From positions 1 to 64,000 of the forward strand of contig CAVVHS010000007.1 in NCBI GenBank assembly GCA_963748215.1: DNA of 64,000 bases, written 5' to 3'. This DNA is from an uncultured Gammaproteobacteria bacterium. Its GTDB lineage: Bacteria; Pseudomonadota; Gammaproteobacteria; UBA9214. Below are positions 50,428-59,770 of the stretch, in pieces (the stretch's first letter is position 1; each line of letters starts with the position of its first letter). Made by a program: the position numbers and the translations under genes. The notes under the pieces are model-generated. The model had not been told where the DNA came from. It saw only the letters and a program-made list of their open reading frames with translations, and made no database searches.

Positions 50428-50940
50428 TTATTTTGTTTCCTGCGCGCCGTCTGCGCCTGTCAGTGCCAGGCAGGCCGGCAGGTGAAACTCCGCATCCAGC
50501 CGGTAGCGTTCGTCGAAGAACCCGTTGCAGTCACTGTCCATAATGACATAGTTTTCCGTCACGTCTGCATCGTCATCGCCCTTGGTGTCGAGACTCCAGG
50601 TCCAGAGTATGCCGTTTGTGGTCATGCTGAACAGGGTGTCGCCCTGGCTGTTGATGTAGCGCACCACATGCGTCTCGTTGATGCCGTCGCCATCGCCGTC
50701 GTCATCATATTCGTTGTGCAATGTGAAACCTTCCATTGCGGGTTTGGCGTAGATGCCCTTACCCATGGCGGGGGGCTCAGTGGCCGTGGCAGGCGGGCCG
50801 GGATTGCTTGCCACCTGCACCGCAGGCTCCTGCGATTGCTCGCTGCAGGCGCCGAGAAACAGCCCCGCCAGGACCAGAAAAACAACCCTGGCCGACAGGC
50901 GATCGGCAAGGCCGGTGACAGGGGACATGGAATCCTTCAT
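50428..50940 (-). CDS. Hypothetical lipoprotein with DxDxDG loops
   Basis: Lipobox LGAC; DDDGDGDG and DSDCNG motifs. Confidence 0.75.
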   Translation of the reverse strand: MKDSMSPVTGLADRLSARVVFLVLAGLFLGACSEQSQEPAVQVASNPGPPATATEPPAMGKGIYAKPAMEGFTLHNEYDDDGDGDGINETHVVRYINSQGDTLFSMTTNGILWTWSLDTKGDDDADVTENYVIMDSDCNGFFDERYRLDAEFHLPACLALTGADGAQETK

Positions 50941-51712
50941 GAAACCACCTTTTCAGATTGTCTTATCATTCGGGTCGGACCACGATAACTCACTACGAAT
51001 AAAATATAAATCACGCGAACCCGGTCAATCAGCGATGCTTGTACAACCGTTTTCAAGGTCAAAACGCCGCTACAAGAACAAGACAATATGTGAGTTCACG
51101 CGCGCCGACAAGGCAGCCTCGGCCGGTGTTGCTGATTCCCTGCCGGATGCTGCCGCCATCGCGCTGGCTGTTGCGGGCGTGCTGGACTTCACGGTCGGCA
51201 ATGGTGGATGGTGGTTCCCACATGGCATGAAAGTTTCATCAAACCTGCTTGCCGCCAGCCTGAAGGCCTTCCGGAGACATTTTGCGATTCACTAGCGGGA
51301 GTCCCGGTGCGCAAATACTGCAAGCCGTCTTCCTGCGGGGGCGCCCGGTTTTCAGGTCGGACTGGGTGAGGCCGGACCCGGCTGAACCGTCCGGTACGGG
51401 ATCGGCCAGCGCCGCCGCCAGGTCATCCAGAAGAGGTATACCGTCAGTGATATTGATGCCGGCTTTACGAGGATAACGATGAAAAATTCCAGGAAAATTA
51501 TCAACCTGCACGCGCTCTCACGGCGGATTCCCGCATTTTCGCCGGGTATGACGGCCGCCTCCAGCCGGGGCGTTTATAACAAAATCACCGCATACATGAT
51601 GATTTGCTTATATAATCATTGCGAATTTCGGGTTCGTCCTGGCACAGGCATGAGCATGCTCGAGCGGTGCTGACGCAGATTTTTCAACATCTCATAAAAC
51701 GGAGTAGCTACC

Positions 51713-52021
51713 ATGAAAAAGATAATCCAGATTGCCGTGATCGGCGCAACCCTGCTGGTCGCGAATTCCGCGGTACAGGCAGCCGACGCCGAAGGCATTT
51801 ACAACACCAAGTGCATGGCCTGTCATGCGACCGGTGCGGCCAATGCGCCGAAGCTCGGCGACAAGGAAGCCTGGGCGCCGCGTATCGCCATGGGTAACGA
51901 TGCCCTGCTGGCCAGTGCCATCAAGGGCAAGAACGCCATGCCGCCGAAGGGCACCTGCATGGAGTGTTCTGACGACGACCTCGCCGCCGTCATCGACTAC
52001 ATGATTTCGAAGAGCCAGTAA
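51713..52021 (+). CDS. Cytochrome c5/c-555 family
   Basis: Signal peptide; CMACHATGAANAPKLGD..W..R; MPPKGTCMEC. Confidence 0.95.
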   Translation: MKKIIQIAVIGATLLVANSAVQAADAEGIYNTKCMACHATGAANAPKLGDKEAWAPRIAMGNDALLASAIKGKNAMPPKGTCMECSDDDLAAVIDYMISKSQ

Positions 52022-52139
52022 CGCTCGTCCGTATTCCGGGTGGCCCGCCGCTGCTTGCCGGCGGACCGCCCGGTCCGGTTTCTTTACCGGAACATGGGGT
52101 TCCGGTCCCCGATCCCCCTTTTGTAGTTCGTTGGCATAT

Positions 52140-52354
52140 GTAGGGTGCACTTCGTGCACCGTTCATGGTGCGTAAAACGCACCCTACGTACTGTTTTTCC
52201 GTGTGGTTCCGTGGTCATTCTTCTTTTCACCACTCGGCTTTCCCGGTGCGTAGAACGCACCCTGCGTATTCGGGTTGTAGGGTGCACTTCGTGCACCGTT
52301 CATGGTGCGTAAAACGCACCCTACGTCCGGGTTCCGGTCCGTAAAACGCACCCT
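52140..52354. repeat. GTAG-REP cluster
   Basis: gtagggtgcacttcgtgcaccgttcatggtgcgtaaaacgcaccctac twice plus partial copies; same family as 29163-29367. Confidence 0.85.
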
Positions 52355-52363
52355 GCCTTCAAA

Positions 52364-53551
52364 CTAGATCATGATCCGGTCGTAGGTCCAGTACAGCCCG
52401 ACTGCCGCGATGGCCAGCGAACCGCTCACCACGACCACCTGCCGGTACCAGGCCCGATCCGCGAACCACAGGCCGACGGCCAGGAAGGCCAGCGTGATGA
52501 TGGCCAGCTGCCCGAGTTCGACACCGACATTGAAGCTGAGCAGCGCCGTGAAGAAGGCATGGTCGGGCATGCCGAAGTCCTTCAGCATGCTGGCGAAGCC
52601 CATGCCGTGCAGCAGGCCGAAGCCGAACACCAGTGCCAGCCTGCCCCTGTGCAGGGTGCGGGCGAAGATATTCTCGATACCGATCCAGGCGATCGATAGT
52701 GCAATCAGCGGTTCGACGATAAAGGCGGGCAGGCTGAAGATGCCGCTCATCGAGAGTCCCAGGGTGATGGTATGGGCCACGGTGAACATGGTGACCTGCA
52801 ACAGCAGCGGACGCAGCTTCACGCTGAGCAGGAAGATGCCGAGGATAAACAGGATGTGATCCAGTCCCCGCGGCAGGATGTGATCGAAACCCGCGGCCGT
52901 ATAGGTGGCGATCACGGACGTGACCGGTTGTTGGGTAAATACCTCGGTCAGCGAGAATGGTTCGCTGGGTTCGTCCTTGCGCAACCACTGCCAGTTAGAC
53001 CAGTGCCATTTTTCGTTGGCCTCGTCGACCTGGCGCACGCGCACCGCGTTGTCACCGAATGCTTGCGGGTAGTACCAGCGTACGCTCTGCACGCTGCGCG
53101 CGATGTCACCCTCCAGGTAAATCACACTGATGCGCGGTACCTTGGTGTAACCCGGCTCGGGGATTTCAACCCGCGTCACGGTGAGCGGGGCAGGCTGGTC
53201 GTCAAACAGCAGTTGCACTTCCTGCGTGAAACGCTGCCTGAACGGCTCGAAGGCGGCCTGCAGCTCATCGGCCTGCAACACCCTCAACGCATCGTAGGCC
53301 TCGGCGTTCGGCGCTTCCCGTGTATTTCGGTAGCGGCTGTTGATGCCGGTCAGCAGGGCCTCGACACTGGCCCTCACTTCCACACGGTAGGTGCCCCTGG
53401 CGTCGATGCTGATCTCGATCAGGGCCGGTTTGACGACGTCCGCCCGTGCCGTTGACAGGCCGGCGATGAGCAGACTGCACAGGGCCAGCAGGAACACGAC
53501 GGTCCGTGCGTGTTGGCGCGTTGCATGTCGGTCTGCGCGTGGTGGTTTCAT
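52364..53551 (-). CDS. HupE/UreJ family membrane protein
   Basis: GFDHIL..GLDHILF, FTVAHTITL, FGLLHGMGFA, FNVGVELGQ. Confidence 0.9.
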   Translation of the reverse strand: MKPPRADRHATRQHARTVVFLLALCSLLIAGLSTARADVVKPALIEISIDARGTYRVEVRASVEALLTGINSRYRNTREAPNAEAYDALRVLQADELQAAFEPFRQRFTQEVQLLFDDQPAPLTVTRVEIPEPGYTKVPRISVIYLEGDIARSVQSVRWYYPQAFGDNAVRVRQVDEANEKWHWSNWQWLRKDEPSEPFSLTEVFTQQPVTSVIATYTAAGFDHILPRGLDHILFILGIFLLSVKLRPLLLQVTMFTVAHTITLGLSMSGIFSLPAFIVEPLIALSIAWIGIENIFARTLHRGRLALVFGFGLLHGMGFASMLKDFGMPDHAFFTALLSFNVGVELGQLAIITLAFLAVGLWFADRAWYRQVVVVSGSLAIAAVGLYWTYDRIMI

Positions 53552-53798
53552 GTGCTCACCGGGAGGGCAGGGCGTGTTTGCCGTAACTTCAATATAAGCA
53601 TGCTGTAAAACACTGAAATGTCATGATTTGACTGTAATTGTCGCTGCCGCTGTTCTATTATCTATGCACAATGAAACGGGGATAACAAGCGGATACAGCC
53701 CTGGCCGGGTGGGGAAGCCGGTGCTGGTCCGTAACATCAGGATACACCCCGCCAGGGTAATGCGTGTATCTTCCAAACGAAAACAATCCAGGTGACCT

Positions 53799-55739
53799 AT
53801 GCCTCCATTTGACCGTCGAGAGTTTCTCAAGATTCTGGGTGTCGGTGCAGTCGCATCGACCGGACTGATTTCATGCAGCAAGTCTGACAGCGGGGCGTCG
53901 GCCCCGACATCGGCGCCTGCCGGTGCAGCCGACCCGCTGGAAGGGTTCTATGACCTGCCGATGCAGGGCAATGCCCGCATCCTGCATATCACCGACGTGC
54001 ACGGACAGCTGAAACCCGTGTACTTCCGCGAGCCGAACGTGAACCTCGGCATGGGCGACGCCTATGGCCGCCCGCCGCATATCGTCGGCAGGAAGTTTCT
54101 CGACTATATGGGCGTGGCTGCCGATACACCCGAGTCCTATGCCTATACCTACCTGGATTTCGACGCTGCCGCCCTCAAGTACGGCCGCACCGGTGGTTAT
54201 GCCCATATCAAGACGCTGCTCGACCGGCTTCGGGAACAGGCCGGTGGCAGGGAAAATACATTGACCCTGGATGGCGGCGACCTGTGGCAGGGTTCGGGCA
54301 CTTCGCTGTGGACCCGTGGCGTTGACATGGTCGAGGCCTCGAATATCCTGGGTCTGGATGTCATGGTCGGTCACTGGGAATTCACTTACCGCGAGGCCGA
54401 GGTGCTCAATAACGTGGCGCTGTTCAAGGGCGACTTCATCGGCCAGAACGTGCGCGTCAAGGAAGACTCGTTGTTCGGCGACGAGTACGGGAAGATGGTC
54501 GAGAAGTACGACGGGCGCGGCCTCTACGACGAGGACACCGGGCATGCATTCCGGCCCTATGTCATCAAGAACGTCGGCGGCGCGCGCATCTGCGTGGTCG
54601 GCCAGGCCTTCCCGCGCACTGCCAATGCCAACCCGCAGGAATTTTTCCCGGACTGGTCGTTCGGCCTGCGCGAGGACGACATGATCGAACTGGTCGAGGG
54701 TATCCGCGCAGACGAGAACCCGGATGCCATAGTGCTGCTGTCGCACAACGGCATGGATGTCGATGTCAAGATGGCGGAGCGCGTGCCCGGCCTGAACGCG
54801 GTGTTCGGTGGTCATACGCATGACGGTATTCCGAAGCCGGTCGAGGTCAAGAACGTCGAGGGTCACACCTGCCTGGTGACCAACGCCGGCTCCAATGGCA
54901 AGTTCGTCGGCGTGATGGACTTCGATATCCAGGACGGCGCCCTCAAGGGCATGCATTACAAGATGCTGCCGATCATCTCCGACATGCTGCCGGCCAACAA
55001 GGAGATGGAGGCGTACATCAACCAGATGCGCCAGACAAAATACGACGAGAAGATCGTCGAGAGCCGCTCCAGCAAGCTGTTCTTCAACAAGGGCCGGGTC
55101 GGCAGGACTTTTGAGGAGATCCTGGGCGAGAAGCTGGCCATCGCCGATCGTGTGCTGTACCGGCGTGGCAATTTCATGGGTACCTGGGATCAGGTGCTGT
55201 GCAACGCGCTGCGCCACGAATATGGTGCGGATGTCGCCATGTCCGCCGGGGTGCGCTGGGGCACCACGACCCTGAAAGGCGAGTGGATTACCATGGAAGA
55301 CGTCATGACCCAGTGTTCCATGACCTATGGTGAAACCTACGTGAATGAGATGACCGGCCACGACCTGCTGAACATCCTGGAGCAGGTGGCGGACAACCTG
55401 TTCGATCCCGATCCCTACCTGCAATCGGGTGGCGACATGGTGCGGGTCGGCGGTCTTGATTACACCATCGATCCTTCCAAGCCCCTGTACGAGCGCATTA
55501 CCGACGCCAGACTGGACAACGGTCACCTGATCGAGGCGGACACGGTCTACAAGGTGTCGGGCTGGGCCTCGGTCGGCAAGGCCCCGGACGGCCGCCTGAT
55601 GTGGGATGTGGTGCGTGACTACATCCTCGCGACCAGGGGGCCGGATGACGTGCTGGTACTGCCCAAGATCAATCACCCGAAGCTGGTCGGTGTTGGGGCC
55701 GATCCGGGTATCGCCGATTACCCGGGCGAGATGACCTGA
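53799..55739 (+). CDS. soxB: Thiosulfohydrolase SoxB
   Basis: Tat signal DRREFLK; PVYFREPNVNLG, DGGDLWQGS, GHWEFT, LSHNG, GGHTHD, LYRRGNF, QSGGDMVRVGG. Confidence 0.93.
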   Translation: MPPFDRREFLKILGVGAVASTGLISCSKSDSGASAPTSAPAGAADPLEGFYDLPMQGNARILHITDVHGQLKPVYFREPNVNLGMGDAYGRPPHIVGRKFLDYMGVAADTPESYAYTYLDFDAAALKYGRTGGYAHIKTLLDRLREQAGGRENTLTLDGGDLWQGSGTSLWTRGVDMVEASNILGLDVMVGHWEFTYREAEVLNNVALFKGDFIGQNVRVKEDSLFGDEYGKMVEKYDGRGLYDEDTGHAFRPYVIKNVGGARICVVGQAFPRTANANPQEFFPDWSFGLREDDMIELVEGIRADENPDAIVLLSHNGMDVDVKMAERVPGLNAVFGGHTHDGIPKPVEVKNVEGHTCLVTNAGSNGKFVGVMDFDIQDGALKGMHYKMLPIISDMLPANKEMEAYINQMRQTKYDEKIVESRSSKLFFNKGRVGRTFEEILGEKLAIADRVLYRRGNFMGTWDQVLCNALRHEYGADVAMSAGVRWGTTTLKGEWITMEDVMTQCSMTYGETYVNEMTGHDLLNILEQVADNLFDPDPYLQSGGDMVRVGGLDYTIDPSKPLYERITDARLDNGHLIEADTVYKVSGWASVGKAPDGRLMWDVVRDYILATRGPDDVLVLPKINHPKLVGVGADPGIADYPGEMT

Positions 55740-56106
55740 CAGGCCGCAGCTCCGCCAGTTAACATGCCCCGCTGGCGGGGCCTTTGTTCGTCTGACATGC
55801 AGAAATACACGGAACGGCTGACCAACGACCGGCGTCAGCCCGTGAAGCGGTCCTGCCGCACTAAACGTGCCGGATCAGCAAAGAGCCCCGGGTTGTATCG
55901 GGAACGGCGCCAAAAAATATGCCCGACCAAGAGTGGCCAGGCAAAGTCTTTACGGAGTCGAATACCTTGCTAATTCAATAGTGAAAGCATACTCCGTGGT
56001 CACTTACAGACGACTTACATATAGGCCAATCCCTGCCTGTGTTGATCCGTGCGGTCACAGCACAGGACAGGACTATTGGGGACATACAATAAATACAGTA
56101 ACTAAG

Positions 56107-56168
56107 AGAATCTCTGATTAATTCGTCATGCCGGCCTTCGCCGGCATGACGAATTAATCAGAGATTCC
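56107..56168. mobile_element. MITE family B, minimal palindromic copy
   Basis: gaatctctgattaattcgtcatgccggc-cttc-gccggcatgacgaattaatcagagattc. Confidence 0.75.
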
Positions 56169-56331
56169 TGAGAAAAATCTGCTTGCTTATGGTCAGGATT
56201 TCACGGCACGATGCTTCTTTATACAAGTATGGGTTAAACCAGTAGTCCGGCACAGCCGATACGCACAGTACACGACATGGCATGATCCCATGCCCTGCAG
56301 CACACCACCCGTTAACCTGACACTGGTAGCT

Positions 56332-56766
56332 ATGAAATTCGTTTTTCCCCTCTCGGTCCTGATGCTCCTGCATATCCTGTTTGTTTATATGAATGTCTAT
56401 TCCATTCCGCACCTGGACAGTGCCATGCACTTCATTGGCGGGATAGCCCTGGGAATATTCATATTTGGCGTGATGGGGCACGCAATCAGAAGAGGATGGT
56501 GTCGCGATCCTGGCAAGATCATCATGCTGGTGCTGATTGTTTCCCTGGTTACGACGGGCGCCGTGTGTTGGGAAATTTACGAGTGGCTGTCAGACGCATA
56601 CCTGGGCACGCATTTCCAGCTGACGCTGGATGATACGTTGAAGGACCTGGTCCTGGGGCTGGCGGGTGGAATTGTCTGCACCTCCATGATGCTCGCATCC
56701 GGAGCGTATGAAATGCTGTCGGTGCAAGGTGACGTGCAGCGCAAGGCGCTGAAGTCGGGAAGCTAG
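56332..56766 (+). CDS. Small integral membrane protein (VanZ/DUF2238-like)
   Basis: DSAMHFIGG, WEIYEW and DTLKDLVLGLAGG motifs; four TMs. Confidence 0.75.
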   Translation: MKFVFPLSVLMLLHILFVYMNVYSIPHLDSAMHFIGGIALGIFIFGVMGHAIRRGWCRDPGKIIMLVLIVSLVTTGAVCWEIYEWLSDAYLGTHFQLTLDDTLKDLVLGLAGGIVCTSMMLASGAYEMLSVQGDVQRKALKSGS

Positions 56767-56851
56767 CGACCCTGCGAAGCCGGGCTGCACGCCACAGCGG
56801 CGGCCGTTCCATTCGCAGACCGTGTCCGCATCTACAGGAGCAGCTATTTGC

Positions 56852-56941
56852 GTAGGAGCGCATCTCATGCGCGATGCGTTATTTAAAATGATCGCGGATG
56901 GGATCCGCTCCTACACAAGCATCGATTGGGTATAGGAGCGC
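56852..56941. repeat. GTAG-type REP doublet
   Basis: Near-identical to 29382-29472. Confidence 0.85.
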
Positions 56942-56968
56942 AGGCATGGCCCAGACCAGTTTCTCGAT

Positions 56969-57024
56969 CCGGGCTATGCCCGTATACCCGGGCTATGCCC
57001 GTATACCCGGGCTATGCCCGTATA
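56969..57024. repeat. 19-bp tandem repeat x3
   Basis: ccgggctatgcccgtatac repeated head-to-tail. Confidence 0.9.
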
Positions 57025-57077
57025 AATGGTCTCACCTTTTCCCTGTACATCGAGCGACCGGCGTCGTTTCAGGCAAG

Positions 57078-57106
57078 AAAAAGCCCGGCATGAGCCGGGC
57101 TTTTTT
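57078..57106. terminator. Bidirectional terminator after soxA
   Basis: aaaagcccggc-atga-gccgggctttttt. Confidence 0.85.
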
Positions 57107-57126
57107 GTGTCGCCAGAACGGGTCGC

Positions 57127-57963
57127 TTACTTGCGTGAGCCCGGACCGTTGATCTCCAGGCCGTTGCTCATGTAGGTATGGAAGAACTCCAGTGCGGTGT
57201 ACTCCGGACCCTGGGCCTTGTACGGCTTGGCACGAACCTGCTTGTTGCAGCCATCGTAACGGCGGTGCAGCGTACCCAGTTCACCCCACTTGGAGCGGTA
57301 GACGGGCCAGTGGGTGGCTTGACCGAGGGCAGGGCTCAGCAGGTCGGCGCGGATCTTGTTGCCCGCATTGTAGACATGACAGTCGGCGCAGGCCATGTTC
57401 ATCTGGCCACGCTTGGCATAGAACTGCTGCTTGCCTTCCTCGTAGATCGCCTGGGCACGTGGATCATTCGGTACTTCCACATTGATGATCTTGCCACGTG
57501 ACGTGTAGTGCATATAGGCAGAGAGATCGGCGATGGCACCCTTTTTCCAGCCCAGCGGCTTCTCGCCGTTGGCTTCACGGCAGGTATTGATTGCCGCTTC
57601 CAGGGTGATGACCTTGCCGGATGCCTTGTCGAAGAACGGGTAGCGATTGGCAATGCCTTCGCCGCCGTTATCGAAGCAGCTGGCGTAGGTCTTGCCGTTG
57701 GCAAACGGCGTGTTGAACAGCGTCTTGCCGTTCTCCAGGCTCAGTTCATAGGGCGGAAATTCCTCGATCTCTTCCCACTGGGCGCGGGAATCGGGGTCGA
57801 GGGCATACACGCCATTGATGTAGTCACTGAATGGTACTTTCGGGAAGCGCTTCTCGAAGAAGTTTCTGAATGTTTTCAGATCATCCTCGGGTGTGGCCTG
57901 TGCCGGTGCCGTGAAGGCAGCGAACAGGCCCAGTACCAGTGTTGCAGTCAGGAGCTTTTTCAT
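57127..57963 (-). CDS. soxA: Sulfur oxidation cytochrome SoxA (monoheme type)
   Basis: Single CADCH, degenerate first site YASCF, HWPVYR, RYDGCNKQVRA, GPGSRK end. Confidence 0.95.
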   Translation of the reverse strand: MKKLLTATLVLGLFAAFTAPAQATPEDDLKTFRNFFEKRFPKVPFSDYINGVYALDPDSRAQWEEIEEFPPYELSLENGKTLFNTPFANGKTYASCFDNGGEGIANRYPFFDKASGKVITLEAAINTCREANGEKPLGWKKGAIADLSAYMHYTSRGKIINVEVPNDPRAQAIYEEGKQQFYAKRGQMNMACADCHVYNAGNKIRADLLSPALGQATHWPVYRSKWGELGTLHRRYDGCNKQVRAKPYKAQGPEYTALEFFHTYMSNGLEINGPGSRK

Positions 57964-58014
57964 TGAATGTTTCCCCTACAGTTCAAAAGAAGTTGTCCGG
58001 TCGACGGGCTGTTG

Positions 58015-58326
58015 TTACTTGATCTCGGTCTCGTCGGAGTCCTTTTCGCCCTTGTTGTCGACCCAGCTGATTCCGACCTTGTCGCCGGCAGCGCCACCCT
58101 TGAAGCTGAAAGACAGATACGGGTTCTTGGAGATTGCGGCACCCCAGCTCGCGGTCATCACATTGTTGCCATTGTGTGTACAGACAACTTCCTGAATGAA
58201 GTGGGCCGGAATTTTTTCACCCGTCTTGGCGTCCTTGCGGGTGCCGGTTTCCATGGCGTGACTGATAAGTGCCTTGACTGTGGTAACGCCGCCGCTGGCA
58301 CTGGCTCTGATTTTGATGCTTGACAT
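58015..58326 (-). CDS. soxZ: Sulfur carrier subunit SoxZ
   Basis: HAMETGTRKD, PAHFI, ISKNPY, WVDNKG. Confidence 0.96.
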   Translation of the reverse strand: MSSIKIRASASGGVTTVKALISHAMETGTRKDAKTGEKIPAHFIQEVVCTHNGNNVMTASWGAAISKNPYLSFSFKGGAAGDKVGISWVDNKGEKDSDETEIK

Positions 58327-58378
58327 GATAGTTCCTCTTTAATCCGCTGATTCTGTAATGGTGAATGACCGTCTGTGC

Positions 58379-58852
58379 TTAACCGCCACAACCACCGATG
58401 GTGACCTTGACTTCCTTGCCCGTGCTGTAGAGTTTGCCGTCCGACTTGACGATAGCGATCACGCTGGAGGTCTTGCCCATCTTGATACGGGTCGATATGT
58501 CGGGAATGGCTGCCGCACCCAGGGCGAAGCTGGCCGTCAGGGGATTCTGGTTCTTTTCGGCAACGATGGTAATCGACTCGACATTACCCATGTCGGTGGA
58601 TACCGAGATCGGTACCACGGCGCCGTTTTCGGCGATGTCCGGGGCCTTGATCTTGATCTTGTCGCTGGCGGACAGATCGGAGCTGCCGAACAGGCCGGTC
58701 AGGGCGGCGTTGACATCTTTCGCCTCGAAGGCATCTTTTGCCCATGCGGCCAGTGAGGCGCGCGGGGTGATCAGGCCGGCACTGGCTGCTACGCCAAGTG
58801 CGCCGGTTGCCAGTGTGCCTCTAAGAAATATTCTGCGTTTCATGCTTGTCAC
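58379..58852 (-). CDS. soxY: Sulfur carrier subunit SoxY
   Basis: Tat RR; PDIAENGAVVP; C-terminal VKVTIGGCGG. Confidence 0.97.
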   Translation of the reverse strand: MTSMKRRIFLRGTLATGALGVAASAGLITPRASLAAWAKDAFEAKDVNAALTGLFGSSDLSASDKIKIKAPDIAENGAVVPISVSTDMGNVESITIVAEKNQNPLTASFALGAAAIPDISTRIKMGKTSSVIAIVKSDGKLYSTGKEVKVTIGGCGG

Positions 58853-58875
58853 GGGAGCTTCTCCTGAATTGTTAG

Positions 58876-59250
58876 CTAGAGTGTGTATACGTATTCGACG
58901 ATCTGGTCAATCTGCTCTTCGGTGAGCATTTTGAACCGGCCGAAGGGCGGCATGATCGAGTTCGGGTTGTTCACGGTCGAATCCCAGATCTGCGCGCGCA
59001 GTTTGGCCTTGTCCGGGAAACGCAGTTTCATACTGATCAGTGGCGGGCCGATGTTGCCGGGCAGTTCGCCGTCGTCCATTGCGTGGCATGCCAGGCAGTT
59101 ACCCAGCTTCCGATCGATGGCCACTGCCTTGCCCTTGGCGACAGTTGACTCGTCGGCGCTGGCGGTTGAGAACGGTGTTGCCAGCAGAGCTCCCGCGAGC
59201 ACAGCAACCGAGCATGCTGATAAGACTGTCTTTGTAGCGGTTTGCCGCAT
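58876..59250 (-). CDS. soxX: Sulfur oxidation cytochrome SoxX
   Basis: GNCLACH, GNIGPPL, NPNSIMPPFG. Confidence 0.95.
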   Translation of the reverse strand: MRQTATKTVLSACSVAVLAGALLATPFSTASADESTVAKGKAVAIDRKLGNCLACHAMDDGELPGNIGPPLISMKLRFPDKAKLRAQIWDSTVNNPNSIMPPFGRFKMLTEEQIDQIVEYVYTL

Positions 59251-59307
59251 TGTTTCATCTCCTGGATTCATGTGGTAGATCTTGAGGACTCGCTTGGCGC
59301 GCGTCGG

Positions 59308-59640
59308 TTACAGGCCGCGCGGGTGCGCCTTTTCGTAATTGTACTGGGCGGCGGCGTTGTCGGCTTCGTCCTTGGCCTTTTTGGCAAGCTTGATCGCCAG
59401 GCTATTTTCACCCTTGTCGGCTGCCGCCTGTGCCTCCGATGCGAACTTTTCCGTGTCACGCCAGAGCCAGTTGTTTGCCTTGGCTGCCTTGATAGCATCG
59501 TTCGCGGCGGTGATGGCTGCGGCGGCTTCAGGACTGGCCTTGGAAGAGCCTGCCTTCGTGGACTGGTCGGCACAGCCGCTGACCAGCCATAACGACAGGA
59601 CCGCAGTCGAGAATAGCCTGAGGGGGAAGCGTGTCTTCAT
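59308..59640 (-). CDS. soxK: SoxXA-binding protein SoxK-like lipoprotein
   Basis: Ala-rich helical protein with WRDT motif; lipobox VSGC; first gene of the sox operon. Confidence 0.75.
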   Translation of the reverse strand: MKTRFPLRLFSTAVLSLWLVSGCADQSTKAGSSKASPEAAAAITAANDAIKAAKANNWLWRDTEKFASEAQAAADKGENSLAIKLAKKAKDEADNAAAQYNYEKAHPRGL

Positions 59641-59770
59641 TGAATCACTCCAATTTGGTTAACGAGGGACAAACTTACAGATTTTATTTGGAAAATTTTT
59701 ATGGCAGTTAAGCTAGCACCCCCCATATGCGACGTCAAGCCATTGTTTCTTCTTGTATTAGCATTAAGTA

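Noticed and set aside
51223-51238. Second sigma-54 promoter tggcatgaaagtttca
   Set aside because: Shares 13 nt with the 41399 box but lacks the -12 GC and is ~475 bp from the next + strand gene.
51040-51480. Possible gene remnant upstream of cytochrome c5
   Set aside because: Coding-like composition but no consistent frame or recognisable family.
56969-57024. Possible CRISPR array
   Set aside because: Contiguous repeats with no spacers and no cas genes.
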